Origin: an uncultured Candidatus Saccharibacteria bacterium
GTDB lineage: Bacteria; Patescibacteriota; Minisyncoccia; RBG-13-40-8-A
Assembly (NCBI GenBank): GCA_965231075.1
Contig: OZ246412.1
Location: 553,787 to 617,786, forward strand
Direction: 5' to 3'
Length of the DNA: 64,000 nucleotides
The notes beneath the pieces are model-generated. The model saw only the letters and a program-made list of their open reading frames with translations. It was not told where the DNA came from and searched no databases. The number at the start of each line of letters is the position of its first letter. Position 1 is the first letter of the stretch. Position numbers and translations under genes: made by a program. Below are positions 55,128 through 64,000 of the stretch, piece after piece.

Positions 55128-56057
55128 ATGATTTATTTTTTATATGGCGAGGATACATATAGATCTAAAGAAGAATTAAGGAAGATGGTTGAGGGTGCCC
55201 GCCTCCTCGGCGGACAAACCAGCAATAGCTGGTTTGATTTTATTAGAATTGATGCTAGTGACAGACAAACAGATGTTTTAAAAGAATTAAAACAGACAAT
55301 CAATACGGTCTCAATGTTTAGCGAAAAGAAGATGATGATCATCGAAAACGTTTTTGATTTAGACGATGATGATCAGGACAAAATATTAGAATTTCTCAAA
55401 AAATCAAAAATCGAGAACGGCAAAGACACAACATTAATTTTTTGGACGGAAGAAGTGAGTAGTGATTTGGGCAAGTATTTGAAGTCCAAGGCAGAATGTA
55501 AAGAATTCAAGCTATTGGAAGGTACACAACTTAAAAAATGGATCAAGGATTTTGTGGAAGAACAGCGGGGATCGATTGATAATTCAGCCATAGACAAATT
55601 AATCGGAGGAGCTGGCAATGATTTGTGGCGCTTATCCAATGAACTAAATAAGCTACTCGCCTACAATTTGACGATACGACCAGAAAACATAGAATTGTTT
55701 ATAAAACCGGAAATTGATTTAAAAATTTTTGATCTAGTCGATGCAATTGGATACAAGAACAAAGCCCAGGCATTGAAGCTTTTTAATCAACATATAAACG
55801 AAGGCGAAGATGAATATTATTTATTATCAATGATCGCTTACCAGATTCGTAATCTAATTAAAATCAAAACCGTTAAATCAATCGCATCGTTGGGACTGCA
55901 TCCTTTTGTTGCTAGGAAAAGTGAACAGCAAACCAAGAATTTTACCTATCAAGAATTAAAAAAAATCTACCGTCAGTTGATGACCATAGATTTTGAATCA
56001 AAACTAGGAAAGACAAACACTCAAACCGCTCTAGAGTTGCTTATTTCTGGGCTTTAG
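55128..56057 (+). CDS. holA: DNA polymerase III delta subunit
   Basis: MIYFLYGEDTYRSKEEL N-terminus typical of HolA; ~309 aa with helical C-terminal domain. Confidence 0.75.
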   Translation: MIYFLYGEDTYRSKEELRKMVEGARLLGGQTSNSWFDFIRIDASDRQTDVLKELKQTINTVSMFSEKKMMIIENVFDLDDDDQDKILEFLKKSKIENGKDTTLIFWTEEVSSDLGKYLKSKAECKEFKLLEGTQLKKWIKDFVEEQRGSIDNSAIDKLIGGAGNDLWRLSNELNKLLAYNLTIRPENIELFIKPEIDLKIFDLVDAIGYKNKAQALKLFNQHINEGEDEYYLLSMIAYQIRNLIKIKTVKSIASLGLHPFVARKSEQQTKNFTYQELKKIYRQLMTIDFESKLGKTNTQTALELLISGL

Positions 56058-56307
56058 CGATTAATTTTGTTAATCGAGATTTTTTCCGCGCGGAAGTGTT
56101 TTTCTTGATTACTCCGGTTTTAGCCGCCTTATCCAGTGCTTTATAAGCAAGCGGAAGAAGTTTGATTGCTTCTTCTTTTTTGTTTTCTGCCATCAGTTTC
56201 TTGATTTTTTTAACGGTATCGCGTAAAACATTAAATCGACGAAGATTTCTTTCCCTTCGAGTTTTATTTTGTCTTAACGCCTTTTTTGCTGATTTTGTTA
56301 TTGGCAT
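56041..56307 (-). CDS. rpsT: 30S ribosomal protein S20
   Basis: MPITKSAKKALRQNKTRRERNLRRF...AIKLLPLAYKALDKAAKTGVIKKNTSARKKSRL is an S20 signature. Confidence 0.9.
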   Translation of the reverse strand: MPITKSAKKALRQNKTRRERNLRRFNVLRDTVKKIKKLMAENKKEEAIKLLPLAYKALDKAAKTGVIKKNTSARKKSRLTKLIAKAQK

Positions 56308-56312
56308 ATTAT

Positions 56313-56996
56313 TTATAGATTAGCAGAGATTAATTTTTTTGTCCAGTTTTGAGAATTTAGCTCGTTTATTTTTGTGGAATTCTCAATGGAGAATTTACCA
56401 ATTTTGGTTCGGGTTAATGCTTCCAAATAAGCTCCGCAGCCGAGTTTTTGGCCAATATCGTGGGCCAAGCTTCTAATGTATGTGCCACGACTACAATCGA
56501 CCTCGATTTTAAGGCGTGGCCATTCATAATTTAAAATTTTAATGTCGTAAATTTTTATTTTTCTCGGTTTTAATTCTGGTTTTTCGCCTTGCCATGCTAG
56601 CTTGTATGCCCTGACCCCGTTTACTTTAATTGCCGAATGGATTGGTGGCACTTGGTCAATTTCACCGATAAAAGATTTAATTGTATCTTGAACTGTCTGA
56701 ATATTGGGATTTGTTTGGTTGTTGTGTCTTGTATCTTGTGTCTTTTCGCCCTCTACATCATATGTACTCGACGTTTCTCCCAATTTCAATGTTCCAATAT
56801 ATGTCTTTGGCATGTCCATGAACTTGGTCTGTAGTTTGGTTGCGTTGTTAATTAGAATAATAAGCACTCCCTCGGCGAAAGGGTCTAGGGTTCCGGCATG
56901 GCCAACTTTTTTTGTACGGGTGATCTTCTTGATTCGGTCCACAATGTCGTAAGAGGTTGGGCCGGCTGGTTTGTTTATGATTAATATTCCGTCCAT
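56313..56996 (-). CDS. truB: tRNA pseudouridine(55) synthase
   Basis: GILIINKPAGPTSYDIVDRIKKI...VGHAGTLDPFAEGVLIILI with catalytic Asp motif. Confidence 0.9.
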   Translation of the reverse strand: MDGILIINKPAGPTSYDIVDRIKKITRTKKVGHAGTLDPFAEGVLIILINNATKLQTKFMDMPKTYIGTLKLGETSSTYDVEGEKTQDTRHNNQTNPNIQTVQDTIKSFIGEIDQVPPIHSAIKVNGVRAYKLAWQGEKPELKPRKIKIYDIKILNYEWPRLKIEVDCSRGTYIRSLAHDIGQKLGCGAYLEALTRTKIGKFSIENSTKINELNSQNWTKKLISANL

Positions 56997-57034
56997 TGAT
57001 TTGAATTGTAATAAGGGTTATTATTAATCTGAGG

Positions 57035-57152
57035 TTTCAAATTTATTTTACATGTCGACACGTGTTGATTGCTCAAATTGTAGCAATCACACTAACTCTC
57101 AGCCGACTGCGGTCGGCTTCCGAGATTGTCTCAGTGTAAAATAAATTTAAAA
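57035..57152 (+). mobile_element. MITE-like palindromic repeat element (copy B), intergenic upstream of ruvA
   Basis: TIRs tttcaaatttattttaca / tgtaaaataaatttaaaa flank the core TGTCGACACGTGT, hairpin gattgctcaaattgtagcaatc, then CACACTAACTCTCAGCCGACTGCGGTCGGCTTCCGAG. Confidence 0.65.
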
Positions 57153-57195
57153 TATATTTAGAATAATTAGGTTAATTAGAATAATTAGAAATTTA

Positions 57196-57768
57196 ATGTA
57201 TATGATTGGTTTTATTGAGGGGAAAATTGAATATAGTACAGATAAATATGTTATAGTCGACGTAAACGGTGTCGGCTATAAGATTTATATTTCAACCAGC
57301 GTATTTAAAAATCTACCAGAAATCGGAAATAAAGTAAAATTGTTTACTCATTTACACGTGCGTGAGGACATTTTAGACCTTTTTGGATTTTTAGATAAAA
57401 AGGATTTAGATTTTTTTGAGATGTTAATTTCAATATCGGGTATTGGACCGAAAGGAGCAATGAATATATTAAGTGTAGCATCTGTGGAAACATTAAAAAA
57501 GGCCGTAACCAATGAAGATAGCACGATTCTAACTAAAGTTTCGGGAATTGGGCAGAAAACGGCAGAAAAAATTATCTTAGAGCTGAAATCTAAGATTAGT
57601 GGTGAGTATTTGGACGAAAAGGGAGGCGCAGACGGAGAAGCAATTGATGCTCTGGTTTCGTTGGGGTATCGATTGCAAGAGGCAAGAGAAGCATTGAAAA
57701 AAATTCCACACGAAATTACGGAAGTCGGTGCAAAGATTAAACATGCACTAAAACTATTGAGCAAGTAA
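57196..57768 (+). CDS. ruvA: Holliday junction DNA helicase subunit RuvA
   Basis: MIGFIEGKIEY...VNGVGYKIYIS (OB fold), GIGPKGAMNILS helix-hairpin-helix, C-terminal RuvB-binding domain. Confidence 0.9.
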   Translation: MYMIGFIEGKIEYSTDKYVIVDVNGVGYKIYISTSVFKNLPEIGNKVKLFTHLHVREDILDLFGFLDKKDLDFFEMLISISGIGPKGAMNILSVASVETLKKAVTNEDSTILTKVSGIGQKTAEKIILELKSKISGEYLDEKGGADGEAIDALVSLGYRLQEAREALKKIPHEITEVGAKIKHALKLLSK

Positions 57769-57769
57769 C

Positions 57770-58633
57770 ATGGGAAAATCATTTCTACAATCAGATTTAT
57801 GGTTAGAATTTCAGAGAAAGATTGGCAGAAGCGTTTTTAAAGTTAATAACATCAATATAATTAGCCATGAATTACCGATAAATAAATTGTTTCTGTACTC
57901 CCCCAGGGTTAGCACAATAGATGATTTCGATGGTTTTATAGAAAAAATTAAAACAATTGCAAAGAGAGAAAATGCGATTTTTTTTAAGGCAGAGTTTGAA
58001 AACAAAATAGACGAGAATTTATTAGATAAATATAATTTTAAAAAATCAAATAATATTCAACCGCTACAGACAATTATTCTCGATTTAGCCAAAACTGAAG
58101 AGGAATTATTAAATCAGATGCACCCGAAAACGAGATATAATATTAATTTGGCACAGAAGAAGGGAATCAAGATAAAAACCGGAAAGACCGATGACGATTT
58201 TGATCGATTTTGGAAATTGATGCAAGATACATCGCAAAGAGATAATTTTAAATCATATTCCCGGGCTTATTATGAAGAAATGTTAGAAATTTCGGGGGTG
58301 GAGTTATTTCTTGCGGAGTATCAAAATGAGGCAATTGTAGCGAACATCGTCGTTTTTTATGAGGATCAAGCAATTTATTTGCATGGGGCATCAAGTTATG
58401 AGCATAGAAACTTAATGGCAGCACCGCTGTTGCAGTGGCACCAAATTCAAGAAGCAAAGAGAATTGGTTGCAAAACGTATGATTTTTGGGGAATAAACGA
58501 ACAAAAATGGCCAGGTGTAACTCGTTTTAAGAGAGGATTTGGCGGTCAGGAAATAACCTATCCTGGTGCATACGATTTAGTTTTCAGGCCGATGTGGTAT
58601 AAATTATATAAATTAGCAAAAAGAATCTTATGA
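57770..58633 (+). CDS. FemAB-family peptidoglycan interpeptide-bridge aminoacyltransferase (GNAT fold)
   Basis: HPKTRYNINLAQKKGIKI and the C-terminal half (LHGASSYEHRNLMAAPLLQWHQIQEAKRIGCKTYDFWGI) match the FemAB/FemX family. Confidence 0.65.
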   Translation: MGKSFLQSDLWLEFQRKIGRSVFKVNNINIISHELPINKLFLYSPRVSTIDDFDGFIEKIKTIAKRENAIFFKAEFENKIDENLLDKYNFKKSNNIQPLQTIILDLAKTEEELLNQMHPKTRYNINLAQKKGIKIKTGKTDDDFDRFWKLMQDTSQRDNFKSYSRAYYEEMLEISGVELFLAEYQNEAIVANIVVFYEDQAIYLHGASSYEHRNLMAAPLLQWHQIQEAKRIGCKTYDFWGINEQKWPGVTRFKRGFGGQEITYPGAYDLVFRPMWYKLYKLAKRIL

Positions 58634-59826
58634 TTAGAAAAATTATTCCTAAATTTGTTTTTAGTATTTATCATTATCTATTGGCATTAGCGGGCGCTGT
58701 TAGATATGGTTTTCCGTCGAGGAAATTAATTGTGATTGGAGTTACGGGGACAAAGGGCAAATCAACGACAGTAGTTTTGGCGGGAAAGATTTTTCAAGAA
58801 GCCGGAATTAAAGTGGGTTGGGTGTCTTCTTTGACCATAAATTATGGCGAAGAAGAGATAATGAATAAGTATCACATGACCATGCCAGGAAGATTTTTTA
58901 TTCAATCAGCGTTAGCGAAAATGGTTAAAAATGGTTGTAAATATGCGATTATTGAAGTAACTTCGGAGGGTATCAAACAATTTAGACACAAATTCATCAG
59001 ATTTTCAGGGGCGGTTTTTACAAATTTAGCTCCCGAACACATTGAAGCACATGGCAGTTTTGAAAGATATCGGGCTGCGAAAATGGAATTGTTTAAAGCA
59101 ACCGCAAAAAACAAAAATAGTTTTGGAATTTATAACGCTGATGATGAAAATGTTGATTGGTTTTTGAAATATCCAATTAAAAATAAATATAATTTTAGTT
59201 TAAAAAACGATAAAATTGATTTTAAATTAAATTTAATTGGGGATTTCAATGTTGCTAACGCCCTAACTGCTGCAACAATCGCAAAATCACAAGGAATTTC
59301 TAGTGAAGCCATAAGAACGGCGCTAGAAAAAATAAAATTTATTCCCGGACGACTCGAAGAAATTAATGAAGGACAAAATTTTAGAGTGATTGTTGATTTA
59401 GCACATACACCAGATTCGTTTGAAAAAGTTTTTAAGGTTTTCAAAAATTTGTCACACAAAAAAATTATATCCGTTTTCGGCGCTGCGGGTGGAGGCAGAG
59501 ATAAATGGAAAAGACCAGAACTAGGCAGAATCGCCTCCGAAGGATCAGACATTGTAATAATTTGCACAGAAGATTCTTATAACGAAGACGAACAAAAAAT
59601 TGCCGACGATATTGCCATGGGATGTAAAAAAACGCAACCCGAAATAATTTTAAATAGAAGAAAGGCAATCAACAAAGCGTTTTCGTTAGCGCAGAAAGAC
59701 GACATTGTTTTGATTCTGGGTAAAGGCACAGAGCAGACCATGGTCGTGGGTAATAATAAATCTCATTGGGACGATCGAGAAGTTGTGCGTGAGGAATTAA
59801 AAGACCTACTTAGTCACAACACATAA
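58630..59826 (+). CDS. Mur ligase-family protein (short; MurT/CapB-like or atypical peptide ligase)
   Basis: VIGVTGTKGKSTTVVLAGKIF P-loop, Mur ligase middle-domain motifs (DFNVANALTAATIA, GRLEEI); 398 aa is shorter than MurC-F. Confidence 0.7.
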   Translation: MIRKIIPKFVFSIYHYLLALAGAVRYGFPSRKLIVIGVTGTKGKSTTVVLAGKIFQEAGIKVGWVSSLTINYGEEEIMNKYHMTMPGRFFIQSALAKMVKNGCKYAIIEVTSEGIKQFRHKFIRFSGAVFTNLAPEHIEAHGSFERYRAAKMELFKATAKNKNSFGIYNADDENVDWFLKYPIKNKYNFSLKNDKIDFKLNLIGDFNVANALTAATIAKSQGISSEAIRTALEKIKFIPGRLEEINEGQNFRVIVDLAHTPDSFEKVFKVFKNLSHKKIISVFGAAGGGRDKWKRPELGRIASEGSDIVIICTEDSYNEDEQKIADDIAMGCKKTQPEIILNRRKAINKAFSLAQKDDIVLILGKGTEQTMVVGNNKSHWDDREVVREELKDLLSHNT

Positions 59827-59827
59827 C

Positions 59828-60004
59828 ATGAGAAATATTTTTAGTCTAAAAATTGAAACAAAAGTAAGTCTGTTAATTGTATTAATATTTGTGGCGATTT
59901 TTCTAATCACAGTATTTAAAAGTGTCAACAGTTTTAACAATTTTTCTGATAACATTAACAAATATGAAGAATTACGCATCGAAAAGGGCGACAAGAAATA
60001 AGAC
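59828..60004 (+). CDS. Small membrane protein (58 aa), hypothetical; below the ORF-track cutoff
   Basis: ATG immediately after the Mur-ligase stop; single TM helix (VSLLIVLIFVAIFLITVF). Confidence 0.3.
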
Positions 60005-60055
60005 TACCTACCGAACACCAAGTCCTATTAAATATAATTTGATTTTAAGAAACAA

Positions 60056-60085
60056 AAAAACAGGGCGCACAGAGCGCCCCGTACC
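60056..60085 (-). terminator. Rho-independent terminator for the minus-strand gene ending at 60104
   Basis: On the minus strand: cggggcgctctgtgcgccctg followed by tttttttg. Confidence 0.6.
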
Positions 60086-60103
60086 ATATCAAAGGACTGA
60101 TAA

Positions 60104-60445
60104 TTAATTCTTGAGAGGGAAAATCTCTTCTGCAAGGATCTTCTTTTCCTCAACAATTTTCGCCCTGGATTTTTCCATGTCCAACTCAGATTCACCTCCT
60201 CCAACAGTGATATACTTGCCTGCCTTAAGAATTGCTTCTCTTTCGGTGTTGGCGAAGATCCTCTTAATTGTCATGTTTCGGAGACTTCCTTTTGTTCGAA
60301 GAGATACGGTGAAATTAAATTTCCCGTCATCCAGCTCATACTCTTCTCTCTCTTGTCTCCTAAGGTACTCTTCTTCCGATAGTCCCTCTCGAACTGCCTT
60401 TCTGGACGCTGACATTCTCTTAAATTCGCCCTCTCCTAACATATG
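60104..60445 (-). CDS. Hypothetical charged/coiled-coil protein (113 aa from the ATG at 60445)
   Basis: ORF; the N-terminal extension present in the track overlaps the ppiB upstream region and is probably untranslated. Confidence 0.4.
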   Translation of the reverse strand, partial: HMLGEGEFKRMSASRKAVREGLSEEEYLRRQEREEYELDDGKFNFTVSLRTKGSLRNMTIKRIFANTEREAILKAGKYITVGGGESELDMEKSRAKIVEEKKILAEEIFPLKN

Positions 60446-60511
60446 TTTTCTCCTTTTGACTAAATTAATTATTATGATAATATAATAACAAATAAATCTT
60501 AACAAATCAAT

Positions 60512-61228
60512 ATGGGCAAGATACAAAAAATTAAAGAGGAGAGAAAAATCCAGGAACAAATCAACTTAAAATTGCGTCAGAAAGATAAAAGAAAGACGAT
60601 TTTAATTACGGGAATCACAATAGTTGTTGTGATTGGTGTAATTTTTGGAGTTAATTACTTATTAAACACTAAAACAGATAATATGAAAAATAATGTGACA
60701 GATACAATAATTAATGCGACCATAGAGACCGTCAAAGGCAATATAGAACTGGAACTACATAAAGACGTTGCGCCGAATACGGTTGATAATTTTGTTAAAT
60801 TGGCTAATGAAAAGTTCTACGATGGAGTCAAGTTCCATAGAGTTATCGGGGATTTTATGATTCAATCGGGTGATCCATTATCTAAAGACAACGATCCCAG
60901 TAATGACGGCACAGGCGGTCCGGGTTACACATTTAAAGATGAAATCAATCCTAGATCGTTAGGTGTTTCCGAAGAAACCATAAGCCAATTGCAAGCACAA
61001 GGATATACTTATAATTTTATGCTTAAATCGATTCCTCACACCCCGGGAGTAATTTCCATGGCCAATGCTGGACCGAACACAAACGGAAGTCAATTTTTTA
61101 TTGTTACAACTCAAGATCAACCCCATTTAAATGGCAAACATACTGTTTTTGGCAAAGTTGTGAATGGTATGGAGGTAGTGCAAAATATCAAACAAGGTGA
61201 TATAATTAATAAGATAATAATTAAGTAA
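60512..61228 (+). CDS. ppiB: Cyclophilin-type peptidyl-prolyl cis-trans isomerase with N-terminal TM anchor
   Basis: [32 protein letters not shown]...[10 protein letters not shown]...[19 protein letters not shown]. Confidence 0.9.
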   Translation: MGKIQKIKEERKIQEQINLKLRQKDKRKTILITGITIVVVIGVIFGVNYLLNTKTDNMKNNVTDTIINATIETVKGNIELELHKDVAPNTVDNFVKLANEKFYDGVKFHRVIGDFMIQSGDPLSKDNDPSNDGTGGPGYTFKDEINPRSLGVSEETISQLQAQGYTYNFMLKSIPHTPGVISMANAGPNTNGSQFFIVTTQDQPHLNGKHTVFGKVVNGMEVVQNIKQGDIINKIIIK

Positions 61229-61241
61229 ATAAAAATAAATT

Positions 61242-62009
61242 ATGTTAGATTTTTTTCAAATTAAGCAACATCGAATTGTGTTTTCAGTTTTTGTCGGTTT
61301 AGTCATTTTAATTATGGTTATAATGGTGATATCGGGCGTATCAATGTTATTCAACGGGGGTAGATCCGGAAACAACATCAATGCAAACATAATCTCGTTT
61401 ACTGGCGAAGGCAAAATTTCCACTAAACCAGACGTGGCTTTTGTTGACTTTTCCGTTGTGACACAGGGAACACGATTGGCAGATGTTCAAAATAAGAATA
61501 GCGAGAAAATGAATAAAGTTGTGGAATTTTTAAAAAGCTTTGGTGTCGAAGAAAAAGATATAAAAACAACGAATTATAATTTATACCCTCAATACACTTA
61601 TGAGAACAACAGAATCCCTCAAATTATGGGATATCAAATTAGTCAAACATTGAGTGTAAAAATTAAACAACTAGATAAAGTTGGTGAAGTCATGGAAAAA
61701 GTTGTTGAGATGGGCATAAATCAAGTTAATTCATTATATTTTGGAGTTGAAAACGATGAAGAGCTGAAAGAACAAGCAAGAAAAATGGCAATTGATAATG
61801 CCAAAGAAAAAGCGGAGAAATTGGCCAAAGAACTTGGCATAAGATTGGGGAAATTAACTAATTTTTACGAGAATACTTCTGGATATCCAGTGCCAATGTA
61901 CGATTCCTATAAAGCCGTCGGAATGGGCGGAGGAGCAGGATCCCCAAACATTCAAACCGGAGAGAATGAAATTATTGTTAATATAACTTTGAACTACGAA
62001 GTAAAATAA
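61242..62009 (+). CDS. SIMPL-domain (DUF541/BP26-like) protein
   Basis: ISFTGEGKISTKPDVAFVDFSV...AIDNAKEKAEKLAKELG matches SIMPL family features; N-terminal TM. Confidence 0.7.
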   Translation: MLDFFQIKQHRIVFSVFVGLVILIMVIMVISGVSMLFNGGRSGNNINANIISFTGEGKISTKPDVAFVDFSVVTQGTRLADVQNKNSEKMNKVVEFLKSFGVEEKDIKTTNYNLYPQYTYENNRIPQIMGYQISQTLSVKIKQLDKVGEVMEKVVEMGINQVNSLYFGVENDEELKEQARKMAIDNAKEKAEKLAKELGIRLGKLTNFYENTSGYPVPMYDSYKAVGMGGGAGSPNIQTGENEIIVNITLNYEVK

Positions 62010-62356
62010 TGGAAGACAAAAAGCCCAGAAACACTGAACGATTCGAATGGACGATGCACGTTGTTTCTAAGATGAAGCAATACAATTTGTCAGAAAATAG
62101 AGTTAAGAGAGTAATCAATAATCCTAAAAGAATCGAAGAAGGCATTGCTCCAAATACGATTGCGGTGATGCAACCAAACAGTTCTAAGCATTCCTATGAA
62201 TTTTGGGCAATGTATTCCCGCGTAGCGGGACGGAAAATAAGAATTATTACCGCCTGGAAATATCCAGGCAGAAGCCCAGTTAAGGGGCCGATACCCATAC
62301 CACTCGACATATTGGAGGAACTGAGTGAACTAAGGAACGATAAAAATTATGTTTAA
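62009..62356 (+). CDS. Hypothetical protein (115 aa)
   Basis: ORF with start overlapping the upstream stop (ATAATGG). Confidence 0.4.
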   Translation: MEDKKPRNTERFEWTMHVVSKMKQYNLSENRVKRVINNPKRIEEGIAPNTIAVMQPNSSKHSYEFWAMYSRVAGRKIRIITAWKYPGRSPVKGPIPIPLDILEELSELRNDKNYV

Positions 62357-62714
62357 GAAATTAAAAAAAATATTTTTCAACATTAAGGCATTAATCGTAT
62401 TATTGATCGTGTTAATTGTTGTCGGTTGGGGTCTCACAATTTATTTTGGCGTTAAAATTAATTCTCGCAAAGACGTCTGTACTGACCATGAGTTAAAGAC
62501 AGAGAAATTAAATTATTACGTACAACTATTACAGAAATCCAGGGACTTAATCGACAGAAATCAAAGCTTAGTCGACTTAGAAGACGAGGTCCGTCTATTG
62601 GACAATGGAGTTCTGACAGCAGAATGGGAAAACGCTGTCGCCACCAACAGAAAAGAAGATGCAAATAATTATCTTGATGTAATTATCGACGCGTTGGTGT
62701 TTTTTTCTAAATAG
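62349..62714 (+). CDS. Hypothetical membrane-anchored coiled-coil protein (121 aa)
   Basis: N-terminal TM helix; overlaps neighbouring genes (operon with the Cas4-like gene). Confidence 0.4.
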   Translation: MFKKLKKIFFNIKALIVLLIVLIVVGWGLTIYFGVKINSRKDVCTDHELKTEKLNYYVQLLQKSRDLIDRNQSLVDLEDEVRLLDNGVLTAEWENAVATNRKEDANNYLDVIIDALVFFSK

Positions 62715-62717
62715 GCA

Positions 62718-63389
62718 ATGAAAAAAATAGTTCGTCTATCGCCATCAAGTTTAAATTTATTTTTGGAATGTCCAAGATGTTTTTGGCTCCAAATGAATGA
62801 AAATATCCACCGTCCGCGGGGGATATTTCCGTCTTTGCCGGGAGGAATGGATCTTGTGATTAAAGATTATTTTGATAAATACCGAGAGAAAGATGAATTA
62901 CCCCCAGAATTACAAGGAAAAATTGAAGGAAAGCTGCTACATGACCACAATCTTTTAAACAGGTGGAGGAACTGGAGAACAGGACTTGAATTTACAGACG
63001 AAAGCTTAGGAGTGACTCTGTTCGGAGCACTCGATGACTGCTTGCAGGTCGGAGATAAATTTACGCCACTAGACTATAAAACCAGAGGATCGGAACCAAA
63101 GGAAGGAGATTCGCAGAAATATTACGGAAATCAATTAGATTGTTATTCTCTATTACTCGAAGAAAACGGATATCCGGTTGAAAAGTTTGGTTATTTGGTT
63201 TATTACTATCCTGAACACGTCGAAGAAAATGGAACAGTTGTATTTAATGTTAAGCCGGTAAAATTAAATCTTGACCCAGATCGTGCAAGACAGACCTTAA
63301 AAAATGCAATTAAACTATTAAGCGGTCCTGTCCCCTCGCATCACACCGAATGCGAGTATTGTATTTGGGGGAGGAACAACGGAGATTAG
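62718..63389 (+). CDS. Cas4-like/RecB-family PD-(D/E)XK nuclease with a four-Cys (Fe-S-type) cluster; stand-alone
   Basis: N-terminal ECPRCFW and C-terminal CEYCIW Cys pairs; PD-(D/E)XK-like motifs (GALDDC...PLDYKTR). Confidence 0.55.
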   Translation: MKKIVRLSPSSLNLFLECPRCFWLQMNENIHRPRGIFPSLPGGMDLVIKDYFDKYREKDELPPELQGKIEGKLLHDHNLLNRWRNWRTGLEFTDESLGVTLFGALDDCLQVGDKFTPLDYKTRGSEPKEGDSQKYYGNQLDCYSLLLEENGYPVEKFGYLVYYYPEHVEENGTVVFNVKPVKLNLDPDRARQTLKNAIKLLSGPVPSHHTECEYCIWGRNNGD

Positions 63390-63403
63390 AAATCTTAATT
63401 AAT

Positions 63404-63440
63404 AAAAAAATGCCTCGATTTTTCGATCGAGGCGTTTTTA
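63404..63440. terminator. Bidirectional terminator between convergent genes
   Basis: aaaaaaa-gcctcgat-ttttcg-atcgaggc-gttttta. Confidence 0.7.
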
Positions 63441-63449
63441 GTTGCGAAA

Positions 63450-63833
63450 TTATTCAATAAATCCAAAATGTGCGAGAGTTGGTTCGATATTCGGACCGAG
63501 ATCATCAGATAGGTTGCTGATGTCCATCCACTTCCATTCTTTGATATCTGGTCCAGGCTTAATTTCTCCTACTCTTTTAGCAAGAAAATGAACCAACAAA
63601 ATATCTTTGTCGTCTTTTCGAACGTGCATTATGAAAGGTTCGGGATTAATGATCTCGATTTCGATTCCCATTTCTTCTCTGACTTCGCGTTTTGCATTTT
63701 CAATGAGATTGGTCTCGAAATCTTCAACTCTTCCGCCACAAAATTTCCAAAAAAGATCATCGCCGTGCTTATTTAAAAGCACTTTTCCATTCTCAACGAT
63801 CACTGGGCCAGATGCAATGATAATTTTTGACAT
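63450..63833 (-). CDS. NUDIX hydrolase (MutT-like)
   Basis: Nudix box GGRVEDFETNLIENAKREVREEMGI. Confidence 0.75.
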   Translation of the reverse strand: MSKIIIASGPVIVENGKVLLNKHGDDLFWKFCGGRVEDFETNLIENAKREVREEMGIEIEIINPEPFIMHVRKDDKDILLVHFLAKRVGEIKPGPDIKEWKWMDISNLSDDLGPNIEPTLAHFGFIE

Positions 63834-63891
63834 AATTTTACTCCTTCTTTTAATATTTCTATTTTAATATAAAAACACGATCAAATCAATA

Positions 63892-64000
63892 TTATAAATT
63901 TTTAACCATATACTCATCTCTTAATTTATAACCGAGTTTCTTGTAGTATCCACGAACACCGATGCCAGCGATAACCGCGATTTTTTTATTCCCGAATTCG
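63892..64000 (-). CDS. C-terminal end of a GNAT-family acetyltransferase-like protein (partial; continues beyond the window)
   Basis: Minus-strand translation ...[35 protein letters not shown] resembles a GNAT C-terminal motif (YYKKLGY). Confidence 0.3.
   Translation of the reverse strand, partial: EFGNKKIAVIAGIGVRGYYKKLGYKLRDEYMVKNL

Noticed and set aside
1-64000. CRISPR arrays, rRNA genes, integrase or transposase genes
   Set aside because: No regularly spaced direct repeats, no rRNA-like conserved stretches, and no recombinase-like ORFs were seen; the only mobile signatures are the non-autonomous repeats and the comM islet.

Overview
This 64 kb window is AT-rich (roughly 35% GC by eye) and gene-dense, with many short intergenic spacers and overlapping start/stop codons. 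The content and style resemble a reduced-genome bacterium, possibly of the Patescibacteria/CPR type; that placement is inference only.

Features I can support from the sequence:
- RNA metabolism: RNase J; a tRNA-Pro gene with no encoded CCA, adjacent to a CCA-adding enzyme; a tRNA-Arg/Lys/Lys cluster; and rpsO, then a NYN-domain gene, then pnp.
- Chromosomal origin neighbourhood: rpmH, rnpA, yidD, yidC and jag on the minus strand, diverging from dnaA and dnaN on the plus strand, with DnaA-box-like motifs in the AT-rich dnaA-dnaN spacer.
- Repair and recombination: pcrA/uvrD, mutM, a 5'-3' exonuclease, and ruvA, ruvB and ruvC at three separate loci.
- Envelope: PBP1A, a Wzy-like ligase, a Wzx flippase, a LysM/CHAP hydrolase, a FemAB-family gene next to a Mur-ligase-family gene, an Lnt-like gene, and a thioredoxin plus DsbD-like fusion.
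- Other: a stand-alone pilB/gspE ATPase, a cyclophilin, a SIMPL-domain protein, a Cas4-like nuclease and two NUDIX hydrolases.

Non-routine observations:
1. An ~11.7 kb single-strand operon (21423..33214) encodes a VirB4-family ATPase, candidate VirB2/VirB3/VirB6-like membrane proteins, a 958-aa Cys-rich secreted protein and a TolB-like propeller. No relaxase or coupling protein is present.
2. The 3' end of comM is duplicated (~254 bp, ~95% identical). The two copies bracket a 1.4 kb islet carrying a HigB/HigA-like toxin-antitoxin pair and a NUDIX gene, and an identical 13-mer (TTATCCACAATAT) abuts both ends of comM.
3. A small palindromic repeat family is present in three copies, one of which is a 114-bp in-frame insertion in the Wzy-like gene.
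4. An intergenic candidate structured ncRNA of ~260 nt has its own consensus promoter and terminator.
5. A lipoprotein cassette of ~55% GC, clearly foreign in composition, carries its own promoter and terminator.
6. A 784-aa protein combines an HExxH motif with a C-terminal GNAT-like domain.
7. A heptamer repeat (x4) sits inside a coding region.

No rRNA genes or CRISPR arrays were seen.
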